A stretch of 64,000 nucleotides of DNA from Gemmatimonadales bacterium (GCA_045803515.1 JBJMOX010000341.1:4180-68179); one strand, 5' to 3'. Numbered from the stretch's first letter, positions 35,768 through 45,880 are shown. Program-made: numbers and translations. The notes: generated by a model from the sequence alone, not told the origin.

Positions 35768-36745
35768 ATGGGCGCAGCCACCGATCCGGCCATTGAGCTG
35801 GCTTCCAAAGTGGAAGTGTTGCGGGACCTGGAGGGGCCGGTCCAGGAGCTGATGGAAGCGCATGAGCGCAAGCGTGAACTCTGGTTCCCCTCGGACCTCA
35901 TCCAGCCCGAAGGTGACGCCTCCCCGGAAGAGTTCTTTCAACGCCTCCGGGCCCAGGCCGAAGCCATCCCGGACCCGATCCGGGCCGCGCTCGCCCTCAA
36001 CATGCTCACCGAAGAAGGGCTGCCTCACTTTCACCGGCTTCTGGCCGTGTATCTGGGTGACAACAGCCACTGGCGCAGCTGGAACAATCTGTGGACTGCG
36101 GAAGAGGACCGGCACGGCCAGGTCCTCCACGATTACGCGCGCGACACCCGGCTGTTCGATCAGCGCAAGATCGAGGAGATGCAGTTCGAGTACATTCGGC
36201 GCGGCTTCCACCCTGAGTGGGACCGCGACCCCTACCGGGTATTCGTGTACACCACGGTCCAGGAGCGTGCCACCCAATTCTCCCATGGTGAGACGGGGCG
36301 CATCGTGTCAGAATACGAGCCCCGACTGGGTGGCATGCTCGGCCACGTGGCGAAGGACGAGGCCCGGCACTACGCCTTTTACCGGAGCGTCTTCGAGCTG
36401 ATCCTGGAGCGGGATCCCAACCAGGCACTGCACTCCGCCTCGTTCATCCTGCCCGCCATCGACATGCCGGGTGTCACCATGCCCGGCTTCAAGGAGCTGG
36501 CCGACGTGATCCGCCGGGCGGGCATCTACGGCCCGAGGGACTACCTGCGCATCGTGCAGGAGCAGATCCGCTATTGGAAGATCGAGAGCCTTCAGGGACT
36601 CAACGAGCTCGGCCGGATGGCCCAGGAGAAGATCATGGGCATCCCGGCCCGACTGAGACGGATCGCGGAGCTCATGGAGACGCGGAGCCGGGCCAAGACG
36701 TTCAGCTTCGAGGTGGTGTTCAACCGCGAATTCGCGATGGAATGA
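35768..36745 (+). CDS. Soluble acyl-ACP (stearoyl-ACP type) desaturase, di-iron
   Basis: 325 aa. Di-iron ligand motifs WTAEEDRHG and AKDEARHYAFY (ExxH pairs), plus TEEGLP and ERATQFSHG, as in plant/actinobacterial DesA-type enzymes. Confidence 0.8.
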   Translation: MGAATDPAIELASKVEVLRDLEGPVQELMEAHERKRELWFPSDLIQPEGDASPEEFFQRLRAQAEAIPDPIRAALALNMLTEEGLPHFHRLLAVYLGDNSHWRSWNNLWTAEEDRHGQVLHDYARDTRLFDQRKIEEMQFEYIRRGFHPEWDRDPYRVFVYTTVQERATQFSHGETGRIVSEYEPRLGGMLGHVAKDEARHYAFYRSVFELILERDPNQALHSASFILPAIDMPGVTMPGFKELADVIRRAGIYGPRDYLRIVQEQIRYWKIESLQGLNELGRMAQEKIMGIPARLRRIAELMETRSRAKTFSFEVVFNREFAME

Positions 36746-37188
36746 GGCGGCGGACCTCCTGGGTCTCCGCGGTGCTGATGGTGCTCGCCGCGTGCGGCAG
36801 CAAGGACTCGGACCGGCCGGCGGCGGCCCAAGGCCGGGCCCATCTCCCGACGGGTGACGCCGACGTGCTGGGGCGGGAGATCTTCGAGCTGGTGGACCGC
36901 GCCATCGACTACCGCGGCTCCCACATGGGCCGGCCGGCCGGCTCCTTTCGACAGATGGGGATCGACAGTCTGACGGGAGCCACCGTGCGCCGCCTGGAGA
37001 ATCTCGAGCGCGAACCGGTCGTGACCGTCGCGTTCCGCAAGCCGGGGACGCACCAGATCACCTCCTGTCGAGGCGACAGCCAGATCCTGGAGGAAGCCTC
37101 TCTCAACGGCGGCCGCTTCACCCTCATGTGTACCTCCGCCTCGGGGGCCCAGCGTCCCATCCGCGTCGGCGAGCCGCCGGATCGCTGA
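36742..37188 (+). CDS. Lipoprotein, unknown function
   Basis: MRRRTSWVSAVLMVLAAC lipobox. The ATG overlaps the desaturase stop (ATGA). Confidence 0.55.
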   Translation: MRRRTSWVSAVLMVLAACGSKDSDRPAAAQGRAHLPTGDADVLGREIFELVDRAIDYRGSHMGRPAGSFRQMGIDSLTGATVRRLENLEREPVVTVAFRKPGTHQITSCRGDSQILEEASLNGGRFTLMCTSASGAQRPIRVGEPPDR

Positions 37189-37197
37189 GTCCATCAC

Positions 37198-37773
37198 ATG
37201 CTTTTCGCCACGCTCGACCTCATCGCTCGGGTGCTCGTCGTCTGTGCCCTGGCATACGCCTCGACGGTTGGCCTGACCCACTGGGCGGTCCGCACTCGCC
37301 GGCTGAACCCCTTCGGCGCGTGGCCCCGGCTGGTCCGCCGGGCTAGTGATCCCGTTCTCCAGCCGCTCGAGCGCCGGATCGTGCGATCCGGCGGGAGCCC
37401 GCAGGATGCCTCTCTCTGGCTGGTGGGAATCGTCATCCTGGGCGGGCTGCTCCTGATCACCTTGCTCCACTGGCTCGCCGGGGTCGTGGTCTCACTCAGG
37501 AGCGTGGCGTACGCCGGGCCGCGCGCGGTGGCCCGCCTCCTGGTCGATACGGTCTTCTCCCTGCTGATGGGCGCCATCTTCGTCCGGGTGATCGCCTCCT
37601 GGTTCGGCGTGTCGCCCTACAGCCGCTGGATGCGGCCGATCATCGTCGCCACAGACTGGATCATCGAGCCGATCCGGCGGATCCTGCCGCCCCTGGGAAT
37701 GATCGACATGAGCCCGATGGTAGCGTGGCTGGTCCTGTACGTGGTCCGGGGGCTGGTGGTCTCGTGGATGTGA
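37198..37773 (+). CDS. yggT: YggT-family membrane protein
   Basis: 191 aa. Two YggT repeats with PxxR-x-x-P motifs (DPVLQPLERRIVR and IIEPIRRILPP). Followed by a DUF167 gene, as in yggT-yggU loci. Confidence 0.75.
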   Translation: MLFATLDLIARVLVVCALAYASTVGLTHWAVRTRRLNPFGAWPRLVRRASDPVLQPLERRIVRSGGSPQDASLWLVGIVILGGLLLITLLHWLAGVVVSLRSVAYAGPRAVARLLVDTVFSLLMGAIFVRVIASWFGVSPYSRWMRPIIVATDWIIEPIRRILPPLGMIDMSPMVAWLVLYVVRGLVVSWM

Positions 37774-38081
37774 TCGAGCGGACGGCGACCGGTATCCGGC
37801 TCCGGCTGCATGTGCAGCCCCGGGCCTCCCGGACCGAGCTCGCCGGCCGGCACGGAGATGCCATCAAGGTCCGGCTCACGGCGCCTCCGGTGGATGGCGC
37901 CGCCAACGAGGCGCTGCTCCGGTTTCTTGCCGCACGGCTGCAGGTGCCCCTGAGTGCGCTGAGCCTCGTTGCCGGCGGCGGCGGCCGTTCGAAGATGGTG
38001 GCGGTCGAAGCGATCACCCCGGAGCTCGCGAGCCGCCGTCTGGGGCTCGTTGACCCTTGCCGCACCGCGCACCCTGGTTAG
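37764..38081 (+). CDS. DUF167 (YggU-like) protein
   Basis: IRLRLHVQPRASRTELAGRHGDAIKVRLTAPPVDGAANEALLRFLA matches the YggU core. The GTG start (37764 or 37770) overlaps the yggT end. Confidence 0.75.
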   Translation: MDVIERTATGIRLRLHVQPRASRTELAGRHGDAIKVRLTAPPVDGAANEALLRFLAARLQVPLSALSLVAGGGGRSKMVAVEAITPELASRRLGLVDPCRTAHPG

Positions 38082-38106
38082 CTTTAAGACGTTGGACAAT
38101 CGACTT

Positions 38107-38173
38107 GTGGCGATTTGCGCTGCTTGCGGGCCACGTTAAACAACCGCTAAAACGCTCACCCTTGAGGCGTTTT
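38107..38173 (+). promoter_or_regulatory. Structured metH leader: stem-loop plus mutually exclusive terminator-like hairpin (riboswitch/attenuator candidate)
   Basis: GTGGC (38107-11) pairs with GCCAC (38130-34) around an 18-nt loop. AAAACGC (38149-55) can pair either with GCGATTT (38110-16) or with GCGTTTT (38167-73). The latter forms a 10-bp bulged hairpin followed by a T-run. Confidence 0.35.
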
Positions 38174-38209
38174 GGCTTCAGGGGCTTTTTCATTCCCCCG
38201 GAGACCTGA

Positions 38210-41200
38210 GTGCTCGTCGATCACATCCCCACTGCGGACACCCGAACCACACTCTGGACCCGCGCCCGCCGGCTCACCGAGCTGGAGGCGTTGCTGGCCC
38301 GGCGCATTCTGGTGCTGGACGGTGCCATGGGGACGATGATCCAGACCTACGGACTGGGCGAGCGCGACTATCGCGGTGAGCGCTTTGCCGACTGGCCCCG
38401 GGAGCTCCGGGGCCATAGTGACCTGCTGACTCTCACCCAGCCCGGCATCATCGGCGCGATCCACGGCGCCTATCTCGATGCCGGGGCTGACATCATCGAG
38501 ACCAATTCCTTCACCTCCAACGCCATGTCCCTGGCCGACTATGGGATGGAGGGGCTGGTCTACGAGCTGAATCGTGCCGCGGCCCGCGTGGCCCGCGACA
38601 CCGCCGACGCGTACGAGCTTCGCGACCCGGACACGCCCCGGTTCGTGGCGGGCGTGCTCGGACCGACCAATCGCAGCGCGTCGCTCTCCCCGGACGTGAA
38701 TGACCCCGGATTCCGAAACGTGAACTTCGATGAGCTGGTGGCCACGTACACGGACGGGGCGCGCGGCCTGATCGACGGTGGGGCGGACCTGCTGATGGTG
38801 GAGACCATCTTCGATACGCTCAACGCCAAGGCGGCGCTCTTCGCCGTCGACCAGGTGCTCGAGGCGGCGGGCATCCGGCTGCCGGTCATGATCTCCGGCA
38901 CCATCGTGGACGCCAGCGGGCGGACGCTCTCGGGCCAGACCACGGAGGCGTTCTGGCACTCGGTCGCGCACGGGCGCCCGCTGAGCGTGGGCCTCAATTG
39001 CGCGCTCGGCGCCGAGGCACTCCGGCAGTACGTGCAGGAGCTCTCCCGGGTGGCGCCCGTGTTCGTGAGCACGCACCCCAATGCCGGCCTGCCGAACGAG
39101 TTCGGCCAGTACGACGACACGCCCGAGCACATGGCCCGAGTGCTTCGGGAGTTTGCCGAGAGCGGCCTGGTGAACTTCGTGGGGGGCTGCTGCGGGACCA
39201 CGCCGGCCCACATTCGCGCCATCGCGGAGGCCGTGCGCGGCCTGCCGCCGAGGAAGCGGCCGGTGGTCGAGCCCAAGTGCCGCTTGAGCGGACTCGAGCC
39301 GCTCACCATCGGACCGGAGAGCATCTTCGCCAACGTGGGGGAGCGGACCAACGTCACCGGGTCGCGGAAGTTCGCCCGGTTGATCCTGTCCGGCGACTAC
39401 GAGGCCGCCGTCGAGATCGCGCGCCAGCAGGTGGAGAGTGGCGCGCAGATGATCGACATCAACATGGACGAAGGGATGCTGGATTCGCAGCAGGCGATGG
39501 TGAAGTTCCTGCAGCTCATCGCAGCCGAGCCGGACATCAGCCGGGTGCCGGTGGTGCTCGACTCCTCCAAGTGGTCGGTCGTCGAGGCGGGGCTCAAGTG
39601 CGTACAGGGAAAGGGTATCGTCAACTCGATCAGCCTCAAGGAGGGCGAGGAGGCGTTCGTCCAACACGCCACGCTGGTCCGGCGCTACGGTGCCGCGGTG
39701 ATCGTGATGGCGTTCGACGAGCGCGGCCAGGCGGACACGGCCGAGCGGAAGGTCGACATCTGTAGCCGATGCTACCGGATCCTGACCCAGCGGGTGGGCT
39801 TCCCGCCGGAAGACATCGTCTTCGATCCGAACATCTTCGCGATCGGGACCGGGATCGAGGAGCACAACAACTACGCGGTCGAGTACATCGAGGCCACCCG
39901 CCGGATCAAGGCGGCCCTGCCCCATGTGCTGGTGAGCGGCGGGGTCAGCAACGTCTCCTTCTCCTTCCGAGGCAACGATCCGGTGCGTGAAGCGATTCAC
40001 GCCGTGTTCCTCTACCATGCGATCGAGGCGGGCATGGACATGGGGATCGTGAACGCCGGGCAGCTGCCGATCTATGCCGACATCCCTCCGGACCTGCTCG
40101 AGCGGGTGGAGGACGTGGTGCTCAACCGCCGGCCCGACGCCACGGACCGCCTCCTCGCGGTCGCCGACTCGGTCCAGGGACAGGCCGCGGCGCAGGCCAA
40201 CGATCTGAGCTGGCGCAATGCACCGGTCAACGAACGGCTGGCCCACGCGCTGGTCGAAGGCATCGCGGACTTCGTCGTCGAGGACACGGAAGAGGCGCGC
40301 CACCAGGCCGAGCGGCCGATCCACGTGATCGAGGGTCCGCTCATGGCCGGCATGAACATCGTCGGGGACCTCTTCGGGGCGGGGAAGATGTTCCTGCCGC
40401 AGGTCGTCAAGAGTGCCAGGGTGATGAAGAAAGCGGTGGCGCACCTGATCCCTTACATCGAGGCGGAGCGGGACCCGAGCGCCGTGGCCAAGCCCAACGG
40501 CCGGGTGCTGCTGGCCACCGTGAAAGGGGACGTCCACGATATCGGCAAGAACATCGTCGGCGTGGTGCTCCAGTGCAACAACTACGACGTCATCGATCTC
40601 GGCGTGATGGTGCCGTGCGCCAAGATCCTGGAGACCGCCCGGCGCGAGCGGGTGGACATCATCGGGTTGAGCGGCCTGATCACCCCGTCGCTGGAGGAGA
40701 TGTCGTTCGTGGCGAGCGAGATGCAGCGCGAGGGATTCGAGATCCCGCTGCTCATCGGCGGCGCCACGACCTCGCGGGTGCACACGGCCGTCAAGATCCA
40801 GCCGCAGTACCAGGGGCCCACGGTCCACGTGCTCGATGCCTCCCGCGCGGTCGGGGTGGCTGGAAGCCTGCTCAGCGATACTCTGCGGGACGAGTTCGCT
40901 TCCGGTATCCGCACCGAGTACCAGGAGCTGCGGGAAGAGCGGAGCCAGCGCCGGCCGGAACAGCGACGGCAGTCCATCGCCGACGCCCGGCGGAACCGAC
41001 TGGCCATCGACTGGTCCGGAGTGGCTCCGCCCGAGCCCTGCGCTCCCCGGCTGACGGTCCTGGACGACTACCCGCTGGATGACCTGGTGCCCCGGATCGA
41101 CTGGACGCCGTTCTTCCAGACCTGGGAGTTGGCGGGCCACTATCCGGACATTCTCCAGGACCCGGTTCTGGGCGTGGCGGCCACGAGCCTCTTCCGTGAC

Positions 41201-41947
41201 GCGCAGGAGCTGCTCGAGCGGATGGTGCGGGAGCGGCTGGTGCGGGCCCGGGGAGTGTTCGCCTTTTTCCGGGCGAACAGCGTCGGCGACGACATCGAGC
41301 TCTTTGCTGACGCCGACCGGAGCCGATCGGTGGCGGTCATCCACACCTTGCGCCAGCAGATGCTCAAGCCGCCTGGCCGGCCCAATCTTGCGCTGGCGGA
41401 TTTCGTCGCTCCGCGGGAGACCGGCGTGGCCGATTGGGTCGGCGGGTTCGCGGTCACGACGGGGGTCGGGCTCGACCGCCTGGTGGCCGAGTTCGAGGCG
41501 GCGAGCGACGACTACTCCGCGATCCTGGCGAAGGCCCTGGCGGACCGGCTGGCCGAGGCGTTCGCGGAACGGCTGCACGAGCGGGTACGGAAAGAGTTCT
41601 GGGGATACGCCCGGGACGAGTCGCTGGACAACAGCGCGTTGATCCATGAGAAATATCAGGGAATCCGGCCGGCGCCCGGGTATCCCGCCTGTCCGGACCA
41701 CACCGAGAAGCGCACCCTGTTCGACCTGCTGCAGGCCGAGTCCAATGTGGGCATCTCGCTCACCGAGAGCTTCGCGATGCTGCCCGCGGCGGCGGTCAGC
41801 GGCTACTACTTCTGGCATCCGCAGGCCCAGTACTTCGGCGTGGGCAAGATCGAGCGCGACCAGGTCGAGGACTACGCCCGCCGGAAAGGGATGGACGTGG
41901 CGACAGTGGAGCGCTGGCTGGCCCCGAACCTGAACTACGAGCGTTAG
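38210..41947 (+). CDS. metH: Cobalamin-dependent methionine synthase MetH
   Basis: 1245 aa. Contains Hcy-binding, pterin-binding, B12-binding ([11 protein letters not shown], the DxHxxG motif) and AdoMet-activation domains. GTG start with GGAG 6 nt upstream. Confidence 0.95.
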   Translation: MLVDHIPTADTRTTLWTRARRLTELEALLARRILVLDGAMGTMIQTYGLGERDYRGERFADWPRELRGHSDLLTLTQPGIIGAIHGAYLDAGADIIETNSFTSNAMSLADYGMEGLVYELNRAAARVARDTADAYELRDPDTPRFVAGVLGPTNRSASLSPDVNDPGFRNVNFDELVATYTDGARGLIDGGADLLMVETIFDTLNAKAALFAVDQVLEAAGIRLPVMISGTIVDASGRTLSGQTTEAFWHSVAHGRPLSVGLNCALGAEALRQYVQELSRVAPVFVSTHPNAGLPNEFGQYDDTPEHMARVLREFAESGLVNFVGGCCGTTPAHIRAIAEAVRGLPPRKRPVVEPKCRLSGLEPLTIGPESIFANVGERTNVTGSRKFARLILSGDYEAAVEIARQQVESGAQMIDINMDEGMLDSQQAMVKFLQLIAAEPDISRVPVVLDSSKWSVVEAGLKCVQGKGIVNSISLKEGEEAFVQHATLVRRYGAAVIVMAFDERGQADTAERKVDICSRCYRILTQRVGFPPEDIVFDPNIFAIGTGIEEHNNYAVEYIEATRRIKAALPHVLVSGGVSNVSFSFRGNDPVREAIHAVFLYHAIEAGMDMGIVNAGQLPIYADIPPDLLERVEDVVLNRRPDATDRLLAVADSVQGQAAAQANDLSWRNAPVNERLAHALVEGIADFVVEDTEEARHQAERPIHVIEGPLMAGMNIVGDLFGAGKMFLPQVVKSARVMKKAVAHLIPYIEAERDPSAVAKPNGRVLLATVKGDVHDIGKNIVGVVLQCNNYDVIDLGVMVPCAKILETARRERVDIIGLSGLITPSLEEMSFVASEMQREGFEIPLLIGGATTSRVHTAVKIQPQYQGPTVHVLDASRAVGVAGSLLSDTLRDEFASGIRTEYQELREERSQRRPEQRRQSIADARRNRLAIDWSGVAPPEPCAPRLTVLDDYPLDDLVPRIDWTPFFQTWELAGHYPDILQDPVLGVAATSLFRDAQELLERMVRERLVRARGVFAFFRANSVGDDIELFADADRSRSVAVIHTLRQQMLKPPGRPNLALADFVAPRETGVADWVGGFAVTTGVGLDRLVAEFEAASDDYSAILAKALADRLAEAFAERLHERVRKEFWGYARDESLDNSALIHEKYQGIRPAPGYPACPDHTEKRTLFDLLQAESNVGISLTESFAMLPAAAVSGYYFWHPQAQYFGVGKIERDQVEDYARRKGMDVATVERWLAPNLNYER

Positions 41948-41948
41948 C

Positions 41949-43823
41949 GTGCCGAGCCTGCGCGATCTCCTGGCCGACGGACGGGTCCACGTGGTGGACG
42001 GGGCGATGGGCACCATGCTCTACGGGCGCGGCGTCTTTCTCAATGTCTGCTACGACGAGCTCAACCTCAAACAGCCCGGCCTGGTGCGCGATATCCACCG
42101 GGAGTACGTCCGTGCCGGGGCCGAGCTGCTGGAGACCAATACCTTCGGCGCCAACCCGGTGAAGCTCGCCGTTCACGGGCTGGCCGCCGAGACCGAGCGG
42201 ATCAACACGGAGGCGGCGGGGCTGGCCCGCGAGGCCGCTGGCAGCCGGGCCGCGGTAGCCGGCGCCATCGGGCCACTGGGAGTGCGTATCGAGCCGTTCG
42301 GCGAGATGTCGGTGTCGGAGGCGCGGGACGCGTTTGCCGTTCAGGTACGCGGGCTGCTGGCCGGCGGCGTCGATGGGTTCATCCTGGAGACCTTCAGCGA
42401 CGTGGCCGAGCTGGGTGCCGCCTTTCAGGCGGTCCGGAGCCTCTCGGACCTGCCGGTCATCGCCCAGATGACCGTCGGCACCGATGGGAAGACCCATTAC
42501 GGCACCGATCCGGTGGTCTTCGGTCCCGAGCTCGGGGTCATGGGCGCGGATGTGATCGGAGTCAACTGCTCCGTAGGGCCCCACGGCGTGCTGGAGGCGG
42601 TGGAAAAGCTCGCGCGCGTGGTTACCCTGCCGCTCTCGGCCCAGCCGAACGCCGGATTGCCGCGCGAGGTCGCCGACCGGAAGATCTACATGGCTTCGCC
42701 GGAGTACATGGCGAGCTACGCGCGCCGCATGGTCGAAGCCGGGGCACGCTTCGTGGGTGGCTGCTGCGGGACGACGCCGGACCACATCCGGGCGATCGTG
42801 GGGTTCGTCCAGAGCGTGTCGCCCCGGCACGTGCACACCGTCGGGGCGGTCCCGATCACGGCGACCGCGGTCGATCCCGTGCCCTTGGCGGAGCGCTCCT
42901 TGATCGGCGCCAAGCTGGCCGAGGGGCGGTTCATCACCACGGTCGAGATCGTCCCGCCCAAGGGGGTGGACCCTGCGCCGATGTTCGCCCAGGTGCGGCA
43001 GCTCAAGGCCGCGGGCGTGGACGCGGTGAACGTGCCGGACGGTCCCCGGGCCCAGAGCCGGATGGGCGCCCTGCTCTCCGCCCTCATGATCCAGCGCGAG
43101 GTCGGCCTCGAGGCGGTGGTGCACTATGCCTGCCGGGACCGGAATCTGCTCGGCATGCTCTCGGACCTGCTCGGGGCGGCGGGCGCGGGAATCCGAAACC
43201 TGCTGATCATCACCGGAGACCCGCCCAAGATGGGGCCCTATCCCGAGGCCACGGCGGTCTTCGACATCGACAGCATCGGCTTGGCCAACCTGGTGTCCCG
43301 ACTGAACCGCGGACTGGATCCGGGGGGGAACCCCATCGGTCAGCCGACTCGATTTGTCGTCGGCGTAGGCGTAAATCCGGCGGCTCCGGATCTCGAGCGG
43401 GAGCTCAAGCGGTTCGCCTGGAAGGTCGAGGCGGGGGCCGAGTTCGCGATCACTCAGCCGGTCTTCGACCTGGCTCAGCTGGATCGCTTTCTCAGCCGGG
43501 TGGAGAGCTTCCGAATCCCGATCGTGGCCGGCATCTGGCCGCTCGTCTCGCTCCGCAACGCCGAGTTTCTGGCCAACGAGGTGCCGGGCATCAGCGTGCC
43601 GGACAGCATTCTGGAGCGGATGCGGCGGGCCAGCAGCAAGGGCAAGGAGGAGGCGCTGGCCGAAGGCGTGCGGATTTCCCAGGAGATGCTCGCGGCCGCG
43701 GCGGAGCGGCTGCAGGGTGCGCAGGTCTCGGCACCGCTCGGGCGAGTGGCAGTGGCGTTGGACGTGCTGCAGGCGGCGCCGATTGAACCGGTGGCAAGCC
43801 CGGGGTATACTCCCCCCACCTGA
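41949..43823 (+). CDS. Bifunctional homocysteine S-methyltransferase-domain / 5,10-methylenetetrahydrofolate reductase (YitJ-like)
   Basis: The N-terminal 290 aa parallels the MetH Hcy domain ([22 protein letters not shown]). The C-terminal 300 aa is MetF-like (FAITQPVFD). Starts 1 nt after the metH stop. Confidence 0.85.
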   Translation: MPSLRDLLADGRVHVVDGAMGTMLYGRGVFLNVCYDELNLKQPGLVRDIHREYVRAGAELLETNTFGANPVKLAVHGLAAETERINTEAAGLAREAAGSRAAVAGAIGPLGVRIEPFGEMSVSEARDAFAVQVRGLLAGGVDGFILETFSDVAELGAAFQAVRSLSDLPVIAQMTVGTDGKTHYGTDPVVFGPELGVMGADVIGVNCSVGPHGVLEAVEKLARVVTLPLSAQPNAGLPREVADRKIYMASPEYMASYARRMVEAGARFVGGCCGTTPDHIRAIVGFVQSVSPRHVHTVGAVPITATAVDPVPLAERSLIGAKLAEGRFITTVEIVPPKGVDPAPMFAQVRQLKAAGVDAVNVPDGPRAQSRMGALLSALMIQREVGLEAVVHYACRDRNLLGMLSDLLGAAGAGIRNLLIITGDPPKMGPYPEATAVFDIDSIGLANLVSRLNRGLDPGGNPIGQPTRFVVGVGVNPAAPDLERELKRFAWKVEAGAEFAITQPVFDLAQLDRFLSRVESFRIPIVAGIWPLVSLRNAEFLANEVPGISVPDSILERMRRASSKGKEEALAEGVRISQEMLAAAAERLQGAQVSAPLGRVAVALDVLQAAPIEPVASPGYTPPT

Positions 43824-43857
43824 CGCCCGCTTCCGGCCAATTTCGGAGCATGCCGCT

Positions 43858-45021
43858 ATGCAGGACCTCCGCACCGCCTCACCCGCGCTCACCTCCCTCT
43901 CCGAAGAAGAGACGATGTTCCAGGACTCGGTCCGGGAGTTCGCCGAGAGCGAGGTGAAGCCGCACGTTCAGGCCATGGACGAGGCGGCCCAGTTCCGCCC
44001 GGATCTGCTCCCCAGATTCTTCGAGCTCGGCCTCATGGGCATCGAGGTCCCGGAACAGTTCGGTGGCGCCGGCGGTGGGATCTTCATGTCGGTGCTCGCC
44101 ATCGAGGAGCTGGCCCGGGTGGATGCCTCGGCCGCGATCTACGTGGACGTGCAGAACACGCTGGTCAACAACGCGCTGCTCCGCTGGGGCAACCCGGAGC
44201 AGCAGGCCCGTTATTTCCCCCGGGTCACCAGCGACCTGCTCGGCGCGTTCGCGCTCTCCGAGCCCGGGAGCGGGAGCGATGCCTTCGCGCTCGCCACGCG
44301 CGCCGAGCGGAAGACCGGACACTGGGAGCTCACGGGCCGCAAGTTCTGGATCACCAACGGCGCCGAGGCTGGGGTGTTCATCGTCTTCGCCAATGCCGAC
44401 GTGTCGAAGGGCTACAAAGGGATCACCGCGTTCATGGTCGATCGGACGTCCGCGGGGTTCAGTGTCGGGAAAAAGGAGAACAAGCTCGGGATCCGGGCCT
44501 CGAGCACGACCGAGCTGATCCTGGAGCAATGCGTGGTGCCGGAGGAGAACGTGCTGGGACCGGTCGGCCAGGGATACAAGATCGCCATCGAGACGCTGAA
44601 CGAAGGGCGCATCGGCATCGGCGCCCAGATGATCGGTGTGGCGCGTGGGGCGCTGGAGGCGGCGACCACCTACGTGAAGGAGCGGCGGCAGTTCGGGAAG
44701 GCCATCGCGGATTTTCAGGGAGTCCAGTTTCAGCTGGCCCAGATGCTGACCGACCTGGAGGCGGCCCGGCTCATGGTCTACAATGCCGCGCGGCTCAAGG
44801 ACGCGGGTCATCCGTTTGCCCACCAGGCGGCCATGGCCAAGCTGTTCAGCTCTCAGGTGGCGGACCGCACGACCTCCAACTGCCTTGAGCTCTTCGGAGG
44901 GTATGGGTACTCGAAGGAATATCCCGCGGAGAAGTATTACCGGGACGCGAAGATCGGCACGATCTACGAAGGGACCAGCAACATGCAACTGCAGACCATC
45001 GCGAAGACCCTGCTCAAGTAG
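43858..45021 (+). CDS. Acyl-CoA dehydrogenase (short/branched-chain type)
   Basis: 387 aa from MQDLRTA. ALSEPGSGSDA, WITNG and the C-terminal YEGTSNMQLQTIAK (catalytic Glu context) are ACAD signatures. Confidence 0.9.
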   Translation: MQDLRTASPALTSLSEEETMFQDSVREFAESEVKPHVQAMDEAAQFRPDLLPRFFELGLMGIEVPEQFGGAGGGIFMSVLAIEELARVDASAAIYVDVQNTLVNNALLRWGNPEQQARYFPRVTSDLLGAFALSEPGSGSDAFALATRAERKTGHWELTGRKFWITNGAEAGVFIVFANADVSKGYKGITAFMVDRTSAGFSVGKKENKLGIRASSTTELILEQCVVPEENVLGPVGQGYKIAIETLNEGRIGIGAQMIGVARGALEAATTYVKERRQFGKAIADFQGVQFQLAQMLTDLEAARLMVYNAARLKDAGHPFAHQAAMAKLFSSQVADRTTSNCLELFGGYGYSKEYPAEKYYRDAKIGTIYEGTSNMQLQTIAKTLLK

Positions 45022-45877
45022 GCTGGCGGCGGGCCGGGCGGGGGGCGGGTGGACGCACCCTGGTCACCGTGTCCGGCGCCAGCGCCCGGTCAATCCCCTG
45101 CAGCATCCCATTTCGCGCCATCAGGTCGGGCTGAACCACCTTCGCATCCTCCGCGCGCAGGCTCCCGCTGGCCGAGTCGCGGGTGAAGCGCACGATCCTG
45201 CCGCTCTCTGCCGTGTCCTGCCCCGCACTCAGAAGGTCGGCGGTCCGGAGACTCCCGGGGAAGACATGGTCGCCCACCCAGCGATTGAGCAGCAGCGAGT
45301 CGCCCTCCACCCGAGCCAAGAGCGGGGCCGGCAGCCGGCGGAGGGCAAGATCATTAGGCGCCAGCAAGGTGTAGGACCTGGCACCGGAAAGGCGCGGGGC
45401 CCACCCCGAACGCTCCACCAGGCGAAGGAAACGCCCATACTGCCTGGTGAGCGCGGCGGACTGCATCAGATCGGGGAACTCGGAGCGGGGGAGCCCGCCG
45501 CCCCGGCGAACATCCATCCGAGCGGTGAGGCTGGTATCGTCGGGCGGCGGCGAGGTCGGCTTGAGCGTGTCGGACCGACGCGCGGTGGTGTCCGCTCGGG
45601 CGGCAGCGGCGGCGCGAGCGGCGGAATCGCGCCGCACACTCGAGTCGCGGCCGCTGGAGTCGCGCCGCGTCGAATCGTTCCGGGTCGAGTCACCTCGCGC
45701 GCTGCTGTCGCGCGAAGACGCGCTTCCTGTCCGGATGCTGTCTCCGGCTCGCGTCGTATCGGTTGCCTGTTGACCTCGAAGCGGGGAGGTCGCGATCAGC
45801 GATAGAAGCAGGAGCCAACGTGAATCGGGGGCGCGATGGCGCCCCCGACCTCGATTCCGTGGTTGCATGTCCTGCAC
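45014..45877 (-). CDS. Fasciclin (FAS1) domain protein with Arg/Asp/Ser-rich linker
   Basis: The C-terminal YTLLAPNDLALRRLP and NGMLQGIDRAL match FAS1 H1/H2 motifs. N-terminal signal peptide, then repeated R-x-D-S units. 8-nt convergent overlap with the ACAD gene. Confidence 0.75.
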   Translation of the reverse strand: MQDMQPRNRGRGRHRAPDSRWLLLLSLIATSPLRGQQATDTTRAGDSIRTGSASSRDSSARGDSTRNDSTRRDSSGRDSSVRRDSAARAAAAARADTTARRSDTLKPTSPPPDDTSLTARMDVRRGGGLPRSEFPDLMQSAALTRQYGRFLRLVERSGWAPRLSGARSYTLLAPNDLALRRLPAPLLARVEGDSLLLNRWVGDHVFPGSLRTADLLSAGQDTAESGRIVRFTRDSASGSLRAEDAKVVQPDLMARNGMLQGIDRALAPDTVTRVRPPAPRPARRQPT

Positions 45878-45880
45878 GCC

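Noticed and set aside
38082-38209. Cobalamin riboswitch upstream of metH
   Set aside because: No B12 box (GCCACUG-like core) and the leader is too short (128 nt) for a typical cobalamin element. It is kept only as an unclassified attenuator/riboswitch candidate.
38156-42016. 1286-aa minus-strand ORF antisense to metH. Similar giant antisense or out-of-frame ORFs occur at 11323-13308, 11573-13672, 41796-43892, 50575-54192, 54535-56700, 56889-58931 and 46606-48834.
   Set aside because: These are Arg/Pro/Gly/His-rich low-complexity translations with no motifs, each overlapping a gene with clear family signatures on the other strand or frame. They are typical stop-codon-poor shadow ORFs of high-GC DNA.
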